From IMG/VR virus record IMGVR_UViG_3300033121_001334, positions 1-64,000 of that record: a stretch of 64,000 nucleotides of DNA, one strand, 5' to 3'. This stretch comes from a virus (taxonomy: Duplodnaviria; Caudoviricetes). How positions within the stretch are numbered: position 1 is the first letter of the stretch; each line of letters opens with the position of its first letter. Made by a program: the position numbers and the translations under genes. The notes below the pieces were generated by a model that was not told where the DNA came from, ran no database searches, and was given only the letters and a program-made list of their open reading frames with translations. Positions 8,474 to 15,973 of the stretch are shown one piece after another.

Positions 8474-8775
8474 ATTGGAATCTCCAAATCAGTGTTCCTT
8501 GTTCGCCCCCATTGAGAGCATGGGAAAAAACGAACAAGTTGACTAGACAATTTTCAAAGAAAGTTTAGTTCAAAATGGATAAGTCCAATAATCAGCGGGT
8601 TGTTAAATGAAAATCGCCGCCAGAACTTCCCTTTCGGTGACCCTGACGGCGAAATCAGCAGAGAACCGTTTTAAGACCCCAGGTATACATTGAGTATACG
8701 GTTCAGTTCTTGCTCTACTAGAGGTTGGGTGCAGGTCTATCTTGCGATAGCCTCATACCAACATAGCTCTGCCGA

Positions 8776-8845
8776 AAACCCTTGGTAGGATTCGAACCTA
8801 CTGGACTCCGTATGAAACCGGAGCGCTCACCAGAGCAGCAAGGTT
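8776..8845 (-). pseudogene. atypical tRNA-like element (8-nt anticodon loop GTTTCATA)
   Basis: Good T arm GTAGG-TTCGAAT-CCTAC, stem CTCCG/CGGAG, 4-nt D loop, imperfect acceptor. Confidence 0.6.
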
Positions 8846-8919
8846 TAACCTTTTCCCAGGATGATCAGTCCCAGTACGCAAGGTTGGCCGTTATATTATA
8901 GAGGAGGCCAAACCTCTAA

Positions 8920-8995
8920 TAGCGGCTCCTGGATTCGAACCAGGGTTCTCGACGTTATGAGCGTCGCGAGATGGGCCAGACTTCTCCAAGCCGCA
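8920..8995 (-). tRNA. tRNA-Met(CAT), initiator-like
   Basis: TGCGGCTTGGAGAAGTCTGGCCCATCTCGCGACGCTCATAACGTCGAGAACCCTGGTTCGAATCCAGGAGCCGCTA; 1:72 mismatch and A11:U24. Confidence 0.85.
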
Positions 8996-9034
8996 ATCTG
9001 TACCTTTTGATTTATCGTCAAAAGTTTAGTTCTC

Positions 9035-9955
9035 AAACAGCCAAAGCTCCAATCCGGGACAGATTATCAAAACTAAGGCTGGTATTCGATCTCCCTTGCC
9101 TTTTTGTTCAATCGAGAAGGCAACTCTCTAGCTATATTTCAATAGCGCGCAAACAAAGACAAGTAAATAGTAAGCGGCAGAGGTTACTAGCCTCTGAACT
9201 TTCGTCCGTCCCAATGTTGTTATGCGACTCATCATAGAAACCCGCTTCGAATCAGGTCTCTCCGAGGCAGGGGTGGTTACCTGCAATCTCGCTCCCCTAG
9301 TCATATTATTTATGGCTAGTCGAGATCTTAGCGCCCCAACGGTTTTCCTATTGGCCTTTGCCGGATACCCGCCTTCCTTCTGCACTACACTGAAACGACT
9401 TACTCATACCTGAGTTACCAATGAACCCAGTACCTTATGCCTGGAGATAGGCATTAGATTTTCAGTCACCGCTTACTATTCACTTGTCAAAGACTTGAAA
9501 AGTCAGTGGCAAACTTTCATTTGCCAGCCGACCCTAGTAACTTTAGTTCCAAGAAGCACAAAGGCTGCTTGGTGGTCTTTTTCCCTGTCGCTAAAGTTTA
9601 TCCAACAAGGAAGCAAAGGCAGTCATAGTCTTAGGCTCTGGTCTCTTACCTCAAACTACCAGTGCTGCATCGCCTCAACATTGAATCATCTTACTGAAGG
9701 CGAACTTCAGATGATCCTTTAAAGCCGCTCTTTCTGCTTTCGCATCAGAGGGCTGCCAGGTCCGGCGTCCGTAGAGGCCGGCTGACCCGCCTTTTACCAA
9801 TCCTGTAGGTCGGCGGTTGACCCTCACAAAGACGCTGGAGAAAAGGGGGATTGTAAACCCGAAAGACCCAGCTATCTTTGCTAAAACTCAGTGCGGCGTT
9901 TACTCCGCACCTAGTTGCCCTTGCAAGCCTCGTCGTGGAGACCCAAGGGGCGTGG
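9035..9955 (-). ncRNA. Candidate large ornate ncRNA (about 920 nt; GOLLD/ROOL/MISL size class, family unassigned)
   Basis: No credible ORF; promoter at 9961-9989; at least 10 hairpins incl. GAAA and UUCG loops; 20-bp long-range helix 9158-9177/9469-9488. Confidence 0.65.
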
Positions 9956-9960
9956 ACCAT

Positions 9961-9989
9961 ATTGTAGCCGAAACTTTATTGACCGTCAA
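9961..9989 (-). promoter_or_regulatory. sigma70-type promoter TTGACG-N17-TACAAT
   Basis: -35 at 9984-9989, -10 at 9961-9966. Confidence 0.75.
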
Positions 9990-10017
9990 GTTTTCAAGTT
10001 TCGATTACAAGTGGTTC

Positions 10018-10194
10018 TCAAGCAGCCGTCGCAAGTTCTTTCTTCGTCGTTTTCAGCGCCTTCCACTTGCGACCCGTCTGCTCTTCCTTCTCTTTTCGGA
10101 GTTCTTTGGCTTGACCCTTGCCGAGATCACAACGGATTCCGCTCGCCAAAGGCTTTCCTTCTTCCACAACAATCCAAAAGCTATCGTCTTTCAT
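10018..10194 (-). CDS. hypothetical protein (start revised to MKDDS)
   Basis: 58 aa, start overlaps the end of the upstream ORF. Confidence 0.55.
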   Translation of the reverse strand: MKDDSFWIVVEEGKPLASGIRCDLGKGQAKELRKEKEEQTGRKWKALKTTKKELATAA

Positions 10195-10195
10195 G

Positions 10196-10381
10196 TTAGT
10201 TCTTCTTGGACTGGGACGCCTTGGCGATCTTCTCGTCAAGTTTTTCGATGCGCTTTTGAAGCGCCTTCTTTTTGCGCTCATAGCCCTTGATCTTATCTTC
10301 CTGCTTCTTCGCCGCCTTCAGCAACGACTGAAGCTCAGAAAGAGACAAGTCCGACAGTTGGTTTGTTTTTCCTTTGCTCAT
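10196..10381 (-). CDS. small coiled-coil protein resembling an H-NS oligomerisation domain
   Basis: LSDLSLSELQSLLKAAKKQEDK...; 61 aa from MSKGK. Confidence 0.5.
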   Translation of the reverse strand: MSKGKTNQLSDLSLSELQSLLKAAKKQEDKIKGYERKKKALQKRIEKLDEKIAKASQSKKN

Positions 10382-10406
10382 GGCCTTTCCCTTTTGTCCA
10401 AAAAGT

Positions 10407-10925
10407 TTAGTCCTCGTCCTCAATGTCGCTGCTGTCAAACGGAGAAACTTGGACAGTGTTACCAGTGGTAACAACATAGAAGAGGCCGTCTTCCCCTTCA
10501 GTGTAATCATCGCTCTTGATGAACTTCCTGGCAGCCTTCAACAAGCTGTCGTAGTCTTTATGAGACTTGCCAACAATTGATGGGTCAACACTTCCAAACA
10601 CATGCAAAAGATGAAATCGCTTTCCTGAACGAGTCTTCCGCTTCGCTTTTTCAAGCTTGCGTCCAGCTTCAAAGGCCATATCAATAGCCTTCTTAATGTT
10701 CCAGACGGCAATATCATGGAAGTCGAGTCTATCCATGTTGCGAGTCTCAAGCGTCTCAAGATTAAGAAGCTTGCGAATCTCTTCGGAAACGTTGTTCTTC
10801 GCAATCAATTCGGGCAGTTCCTTCTTGCCCTGCTCTCGAACCTTGTTGCACTTCACAGCTTCTTCGTCAGAGAGAGGGTGCTGTCGCACAATCCGCTCAA
10901 GGCGAGTTGTCTGAAAGTTGGTCAT
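10407..10925 (-). CDS. DUF6900-domain protein
   Basis: LNLETLETRNMDRLDFHDIAVWNIKKAIDMAFEAG signature. Confidence 0.75.
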   Translation of the reverse strand: MTNFQTTRLERIVRQHPLSDEEAVKCNKVREQGKKELPELIAKNNVSEEIRKLLNLETLETRNMDRLDFHDIAVWNIKKAIDMAFEAGRKLEKAKRKTRSGKRFHLLHVFGSVDPSIVGKSHKDYDSLLKAARKFIKSDDYTEGEDGLFYVVTTGNTVQVSPFDSSDIEDED

Positions 10926-11039
10926 AGCTTTTCGATTTGCGCGAAAAGTTTAGTTCAGAAATCAAAAGAAGGAGTTTTGAAGGGCTTTTTGTATTCCTGA
11001 AATAGCGGACTAACCGCTTAGATAACAGGAGTACAGGTA

Positions 11040-11798
11040 ATGAATCAGTGTAGAAAATGCAACAATCAAATACCAGCAACCGTTAGAATAAACAATAAGA
11101 GACGAAATCTTTGCGGAAGAAAGTTTTGCCTTGAATGCAGTCCTTTTGGTTCTCACAATACAAAACCAGATGATCCTGCAAGAAAATCTGTTTATGGACA
11201 GGAAAGATACAAGAAAAATCCTTATTCAAACTGGGCTGAGCATGCAAAAGAGTCTCATAGAAAAAGTACCGTAAACCGAGCAGCAAAACTAAAGCAGAAA
11301 ATTGTGAATCTGAAAGGCGGTAAATGCTCTTTATGCCAGAACTCAAGCATAGACGTTTTGACTTTTCATCACAGAAATAGAGAAGACAAGTTATTCAATC
11401 TTGACAAAAGTTCATTGAGGTCTTACTCGTTAGAAGAAATAGCAAAAGAAATAGAAAAATGCGATCTTCTGTGTTTTAATTGCCACATGGAAACTGAAGC
11501 CAAACACGAAGCAGTAAAAGGCTCAGGAAAGCAGAATGTTAGAGGATGGGAAAGAAAGCAAAAAGCAATTGAAGAATTGGGAGGCAATTGTTCACAATGT
11601 AAATATGACAAATGCATAAGATCTCTGTCTTTCCATCACAGAGATCCATCTACAAAATCTTTCCCTTTAGATATTAGAGCCTTCAATGGTTATTCTTGGG
11701 AAAAACTACAAAACGAAATCAACAAGTGCGATCTGCTTTGTTTGAACTGTCATCGAAGCCTAGAGAACTCTCTAAGAAAAAGCAGGTATCTGCAATAA
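11040..11798 (+). CDS. HNH endonuclease with two tandem HNH domains
   Basis: Two GGxCxxC...FHHR...KCDLLCxNCH units; stop abuts the tRNA 3' end on the opposite strand. Confidence 0.9.
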   Translation: MNQCRKCNNQIPATVRINNKRRNLCGRKFCLECSPFGSHNTKPDDPARKSVYGQERYKKNPYSNWAEHAKESHRKSTVNRAAKLKQKIVNLKGGKCSLCQNSSIDVLTFHHRNREDKLFNLDKSSLRSYSLEEIAKEIEKCDLLCFNCHMETEAKHEAVKGSGKQNVRGWERKQKAIEELGGNCSQCKYDKCIRSLSFHHRDPSTKSFPLDIRAFNGYSWEKLQNEINKCDLLCLNCHRSLENSLRKSRYLQ

Positions 11799-12085
11799 TG
11801 GGCAAACCGGGATTCGAACCCAGAACCTAGCGATTATGCCTACTGACTTGAGTTTCCCCAAGAGTCGGACTGTACCTTCACCCGTTTCACTTCCTTACGG
11901 AAGAAAAGTTAGGGTGGCTGCCGTCCAGTCTCTACACCTTCGCTTTTCAGCGCTTGGCTCGGGATTGGCGTGAGTCTTTCGACCTTTAGCTTTCCCCGAC
12001 TTTGACAGCTTACTCATACAACATTCCTATTGTATGGACCCAAGTTTTCTTAAGTCGCTTGCTCTAACCGTTGAGCTATTTGCCC
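11799..12085 (-). tRNA. tRNA(CAT), probably Ile2, interrupted by a group I intron
   Basis: Exons 12053-12085 and 11799-11838 join to GCGA-CT-CAT-AA-TCGC; anticodon arm resembles enterobacterial ileX. Confidence 0.88.
11839..12052 (-). mobile_element. group I intron (214 nt, no ORF) after U33
   Basis: P1 GACU/UAAG-AAAA-CUUG/GGUC with U-G at the splice site; R GTAGAGACTG; S AAGGTACAGTCC; terminal G. Confidence 0.9.
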
Positions 12086-12109
12086 TATCTTCAATCGTCT
12101 ACTATCAGT

Positions 12110-12183
12110 ATATCCCCTGTTTTTGAACCTGGTATTGACCGCTAACCGACTCACCCAGTCTCTAACCGCTGAGCTAATCGCCC
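12110..12183 (-). pseudogene. degenerate tRNA remnant
   Basis: 5' part GGGCGATTAGCTCAGCGGTTAGAG is canonical; the rest is decayed. Confidence 0.55.
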
Positions 12184-12231
12184 GCCAACTCTTTCTCGAC
12201 TAACGGAAGTTTAGTTCCGCCACATTCCACA

Positions 12232-13158
12232 TTACGCAGCCTTGCAAGAAAGCTTGCGATTTCGCTCCTTCATCAGTTCCTCAACCTTGCGAACCTCCTT
12301 CGAGGAGATTTGCCGCTTCTCAGCGGGCAAGTAAGCGCCGCCGAAGAGCGACTCGCAAACCGACCAAAGACGCTCATAGTGGTAGTCGTGACGGTAGTAA
12401 CGGTAAAGATCGTCCTTCTTGCCGTCAACGATTTGGCCGACGAACTTGTTGCTGCTCAGCGGACGCCACTTCCACTCCCACTTCATGGTCTTGTCGTTGA
12501 AATCACGAACAGTCTCGCCGAACGACTTCTTCTTCTTCTCTTCAGCCGTCGCCTCGCGGAACTTGAACTCGTACCAAACCTCGCCGATCTTGTGGTACTG
12601 CGTCAGCGGCTTCTTCGGGTCGAAGTAGCTGTCGTTGCTCACGACCGTCTCTCGCCGATAGCGAGGATTCTTCTTGGTCTTGCGCAGTGTCCCGTCTCGG
12701 GGATCGACGTAAAACTCTTCGCGACCATAAGAAGTCGTCATGCTCTCGGGGCCAATGACCCCAGAAGCCATGACAGTGTTACCTTCCATGTAAGTCTTGG
12801 TCTGGACTTCGCCGAACTTAATCAAGTGCTGCCAAACATGAAACTGAATAGCGTTATTCAGGTTGAGGCCGCTCATGATCTCGCTGTACACCTTGTCCCA
12901 AGGCTGACCAATGCGAGAATTCAAGAAACGACGAAGAGGATTGAGGTTCTCGTTCAACCGCTTCTTGTCGTCGAAGGAGTTGGGCTTCGAGGTGTGAACC
13001 CTTTTCATTCCGCGAAAATCAGGAGTGTCCCAATCTTCTTCGAACGGAATGTCTTTGCAAGCCTGGCGAGTCAAATGACGGTTCTGGCGAATCCGCTCCT
13101 TACCGCAGCCGCCAGTTCGGGGGCGCTCAACCAAAACTTTTGCCATGTCTTTACGCAT
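12232..13158 (-). CDS. conserved hypothetical protein (MRKDMxKVxVERPR family)
   Basis: 308 aa from MRKDM; LNENLNPLRRFL...GQPWDKVYSEI. Confidence 0.75.
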   Translation of the reverse strand: MRKDMAKVLVERPRTGGCGKERIRQNRHLTRQACKDIPFEEDWDTPDFRGMKRVHTSKPNSFDDKKRLNENLNPLRRFLNSRIGQPWDKVYSEIMSGLNLNNAIQFHVWQHLIKFGEVQTKTYMEGNTVMASGVIGPESMTTSYGREEFYVDPRDGTLRKTKKNPRYRRETVVSNDSYFDPKKPLTQYHKIGEVWYEFKFREATAEEKKKKSFGETVRDFNDKTMKWEWKWRPLSSNKFVGQIVDGKKDDLYRYYRHDYHYERLWSVCESLFGGAYLPAEKRQISSKEVRKVEELMKERNRKLSCKAA

Positions 13159-13351
13159 TGGTCCTCTTATTAGAAAATTGAGGCTGTTTGGAAAAGAAAC
13201 CAAAACTTTTCTTGGTTTTGAATGTTAGATCAACAGAGCAATCGGGCTCGTTAAGATCATTAATTACAAAACGCTTGACCTTGCTAACCATCTCCTCGGT
13301 TCCAGAGATTTTGATTCTCAAGGTTTTTTGTTTCTTAGTCGCTTCCAACAT
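13151..13351 (-). CDS. hypothetical protein
   Basis: 66 aa, motif + SD upstream. Confidence 0.6.
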   Translation of the reverse strand: MLEATKKQKTLRIKISGTEEMVSKVKRFVINDLNEPDCSVDLTFKTKKSFGFFSKQPQFSNKRTNA

Positions 13352-13384
13352 GCTTTTCTTTTTCCGCGAAAGTTTAGTTCCGAA

Positions 13385-13458
13385 TGGGCGACCTGGGACT
13401 CGAACCCAGAACCTCTTCTACGTCAAAGAAGCGCGCTGGCCAATTGCGCCAGTCGCCC
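13385..13458 (-). tRNA. tRNA-Val(GAC)
   Basis: GGGCGACTGGCGCAATTGGCCAGCGCGCTTCTTTGACGTAGAAGAGGTTCTGGGTTCGAGTCCCAGGTCGCCCA. Confidence 0.9.
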
Positions 13459-13708
13459 GTTTTGTATTGTCCCAAGCCTTTCTACTATAAACAACGTTTG
13501 TCATGCTTGAAATATCTTCAACAAGAATGGCATGGTCCGTTCTGTCTTTGAATCTATTGCAAATCACTTCAGTTATATCATTAACTGCCTTTACTGCCGC
13601 AGCATTAGTAAGGCTCAACCCTTTTATTTGTATCTCCAAAACTGGTTCTGGTCTCAATTCTCCTTGTTCAGGAGAATGATCCGTAATGGTTATTTTGCGG
13701 ATAGTCAT
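13418..13708 (-). CDS. hypothetical protein overlapping the 5' half of tRNA-Val(GAC)
   Basis: 96 aa from MTIRK, motif + SD upstream. Confidence 0.55.
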   Translation of the reverse strand: MTIRKITITDHSPEQGELRPEPVLEIQIKGLSLTNAAAVKAVNDITEVICNRFKDRTDHAILVEDISSMTNVVYSRKAWDNTKRATGAIGQRASLT

Positions 13709-13742
13709 GCTTTTCTTTTTCCGCGAAAAGTTTAGTTCTAAA

Positions 13743-13780
13743 TTGGAGCGACAGGAATCGAACCTGTCATCCTCTGTTTT
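13743..13780 (-). pseudogene. orphan tRNA 3' half (isotype undetermined)
   Basis: AAAACAGAGGATGACAGGTTCGATTCCTGTCGCTCCAA; intact T arm. Confidence 0.7.
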
Positions 13781-14318
13781 CTGAAACTGCTTTACAAAAA
13801 ACAATCAATTCATCATCAGAGTATCTGTTTTTGGCAAGGTTAGCCATAACTGATACAAACTGAACATTTCCTTTAACATATCCTAAAGAATTGTCTATTC
13901 TATCTAAACTTGCACCATTTATAGGTTGTTTACCAATCCAGCCGTTAGTGTTTTGAGGAAGAACAAGATCCCAACCTGTATAAGGACATTTGCCTTTTTG
14001 CTTTTCCCATAAAAAACGAATATATTCTAGGTCTATATCAACTTCTTTATTTGTTCTGGTTTTAGATACACTTCTTGTTTTTAGGACTGTTGAAAACCAT
14101 CGAAAAGGAGTTAATTCATCTCTTTGATTTCCAGATTCTTTTTTTATGTTTGGATTGCCCTTTCTTGGATTAGCCTTATTACCAATAAGGCAAGCACAAG
14201 ATCTAGAGCAACAATGTTTATATCCTCTTTTTTGCGCAAGGTTGTATTGAGAAATTGTTTTATGAAACCTTTTTCTACATTCTTGGTTTTCACATTCAAC
14301 TTCAATCAAGGTCTTCAT
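13767..14318 (-). CDS. HNH-family endonuclease
   Basis: GKCPYTG...SLDRIDNSLGYVKGNVQFVSVMANLAKN; ORF ends inside the tRNA 3' half. Confidence 0.85.
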   Translation of the reverse strand: MKTLIEVECENQECRKRFHKTISQYNLAQKRGYKHCCSRSCACLIGNKANPRKGNPNIKKESGNQRDELTPFRWFSTVLKTRSVSKTRTNKEVDIDLEYIRFLWEKQKGKCPYTGWDLVLPQNTNGWIGKQPINGASLDRIDNSLGYVKGNVQFVSVMANLAKNRYSDDELIVFCKAVSENRG

Positions 14319-14392
14319 GTTTATTCCGGGTTTTTGTGATAAGAGTTTACTAAATAAATAGTCTTATCGGCTAAACCCGAAAAATTATTCAA

Positions 14393-14464
14393 TCGGCCCT
14401 CCCGCGCTTGAATCGGGTTCTAACGATTATCAGTCGTTTGCTCTACCACATGAGCTAAGAGCCG
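14393..14464 (-). tRNA. tRNA-Ile(GAT), atypical T arm
   Basis: AACGA-CTGATAA-TCGTT; T arm CCCGA-TTCAAGC-GCGGG has an A53:G61 mismatch. Confidence 0.75.
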
Positions 14465-14478
14465 CTTTCTAACAAAAG

Positions 14479-14553
14479 GGTGATCGACGGGACTCGAACC
14501 CGCAATCCTCTGGATCACAACCAGATGCTTAAACCAATTAAGCTACGACCACC
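14479..14553 (-). tRNA. tRNA-His(GTG)
   Basis: G-1 and C73 present; TCTGG-TTGTGAT-CCAGA. Confidence 0.92.
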
Positions 14554-14675
14554 ATCAAGCTGCTAGAACTCCTTGATTTTACAAGTCAAAACTAGCGGGT
14601 ACTCATTTTTGAGCAGGTTTAGTCGCTACGCTTCTAAACATGCCTTGCAGGTTTAGCTAACCTGAGTTTTCCAAA

Positions 14676-14704
14676 TAGGCACAGCCGGACTCGAACCGAC
14701 AAGC
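14676..14704 (-). pseudogene. 3' remnant (T arm + acceptor strand) of split tRNA-Val
   Basis: GTCGG-TTCGAGT-CCGGC-TGTGCCT-A; pairs with GGGCGCA at 15411-15417. Confidence 0.7.
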
Positions 14705-14875
14705 TTACTTCTTTTCAAGTTCCTCAATACGTTTTTCAAGAGATTCAACATACTTCATAAGAGGTTCAAATGCTCTTGAAAGTCGGTTTAATCTGTCTCT
14801 TAGATTGCCACCAGAAGGAATCGCATTATCTGTTCTGGTTAGACTATCAATTTCTTTTTTAATATCAGAATTCAT
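14705..14875 (-). CDS. small coiled-coil protein (cassette cargo; start MNSDI)
   Basis: 56 aa, GGAGG SD just after tRNA-Val. Confidence 0.6.
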   Translation of the reverse strand: MNSDIKKEIDSLTRTDNAIPSGGNLRDRLNRLSRAFEPLMKYVESLEKRIEELEKK

Positions 14876-14886
14876 TTTTCCTCCAA

Positions 14887-14961
14887 TAGGCCCTCGGGGT
14901 GACGATCCCCGTACCTCTTCGGTGTAAACGAAGCGCTCTAGCCAGCGTGAGCTAAGGGCCT
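14887..14961 (-). tRNA. tRNA-Val(TAC), non-canonical T loop
   Basis: AGGCCCTTAGCTCACGCTGGCTAGAGCGCTTCGTTTACACCGAAGAGGTACGGGGATCGTCACCCCGAGGGCCTA. Confidence 0.8.
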
Positions 14962-15374
14962 GTATGTCGCTCCTGGTAGTGGAGCTTAGCATGGCAATTC
15001 CTGCAAAGAACCATGCATTTTTCTATCTCTTTCATAATGCGTTCTAGGCTCATGCCTTTACGAACCATTATGCTAACTTCAATTTCTTTTTCCTGCGGAT
15101 CTCTGTGATGAAAGTCAAGACAAGCAATATGTGATTCTCGACAAACTTCACAAGGATGATTTTTCCTGTAATCGTTTAGAAACTCCCTGTTTCTTTCAAT
15201 AATCTTTTTGCGCCAGATTTTTGCATCTTTTTTCTTTTGGGCTGCATTTTCTGGATTTTGATACCACTTCTTATTGTATTCGCTATGGTAAGCGAGTTTC
15301 TTTTCTCTTTCTTTTTGAGGCATAACAGGTTCTCCTGTTATACCTATTCGACTACTTCTTTTACACTCCTTCAA
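14952..15374 (-). CDS. HNH endonuclease
   Basis: CEVC...CLDFHHRDP...KCMVLCRNCHAKLH; last codons overlap the tRNA-Val 5' end. Confidence 0.88.
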   Translation of the reverse strand: MKECKRSSRIGITGEPVMPQKEREKKLAYHSEYNKKWYQNPENAAQKKKDAKIWRKKIIERNREFLNDYRKNHPCEVCRESHIACLDFHHRDPQEKEIEVSIMVRKGMSLERIMKEIEKCMVLCRNCHAKLHYQERHTGP

Positions 15375-15377
15375 TTT

Positions 15378-15417
15378 CCGTGTAAAGGTGGCACTCTAGC
15401 CATTGAGTTATGCGCCC
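15378..15417 (-). pseudogene. 5' half of split tRNA-Val(TAC)
   Basis: GGGCGCATAACTCAATGGCTAGAGTGCCACCTTTACACGG, truncated after the anticodon loop. Confidence 0.8.
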
Positions 15418-15429
15418 AAACCCTGAAGT

Positions 15430-15729
15430 TTAGTTCTGACCTTCCGGCTGAACTTCTTCAGTTTTCATTTCTTTCTGCTTCTTGATCTCTTCAGATCTTT
15501 CCTTGAACCATCGGCCAATATGGCCCTGCATTGCGTAAATGTGACCCTCGTTCTCGCTAAGTTCGCTTTCCTTGATGAACCTGGTAAGCTCAAGAGCAAG
15601 AGCCTTATTCAGGGTAATAGTGATGTTACCCTTCATATGCTCAGGGTTTGCTGCGTCAAAAGGCTGAAGAATGAACACAGGCTTCTGAAGCGGACGACGA
15701 TTTCTGACAGTTTTGGGGGAGTCGGACAT
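15430..15729 (-). CDS. hypothetical protein (start MSDSP)
   Basis: 99 aa; stop is the TAA of a motif copy. Confidence 0.65.
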   Translation of the reverse strand: MSDSPKTVRNRRPLQKPVFILQPFDAANPEHMKGNITITLNKALALELTRFIKESELSENEGHIYAMQGHIGRWFKERSEEIKKQKEMKTEEVQPEGQN

Positions 15730-15803
15730 GGATTTGCTCCAAGTGGTAAAAGTAAACACTCAAAAGATACATCGTACCTTTCTGCTTTCCACAATCAAGT
15801 CAA

Positions 15804-15875
15804 CGCGCCGTGGGAGGTTCGAACTCGCTTTTCCCGATTTGGAGGCGGGCGTCTTACCAATAGACGAATCGGCGC
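15804..15875 (-). tRNA. tRNA-Trp(CCA)-like, degenerate
   Basis: CCCGC-CTCCAAA-TCGGG; mismatches in the anticodon, T and acceptor stems. Confidence 0.55.
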
Positions 15876-15973
15876 AGTGTTACAAGCTATTCTGTTGTCA
15901 AAGAAAAAACCCCTCAAGTTTTTAGAAGGGATTTTTCCAAAAGCTTTGAAATAACTGATAAAGGAGTTCAGTT

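Noticed and set aside
9190-9240. Hammerhead-like TGATGAGTC...GACGAAA on the minus strand
   Set aside because: C3 is replaced by A and I could not build stems I and III with a cleavage triplet
9035-9955. tmRNA or RNase P RNA
   Set aside because: No tRNA-like termini with a tag ORF, and no GAGGAAAGUCC or ACAGAA..CGGCUUA signatures
14705-14992. ORF-track N-terminal extensions through tRNA genes (also 20756-21082 and 18912-19124)
   Set aside because: These translate tRNA sequence; real starts with SD lie downstream of the tRNAs
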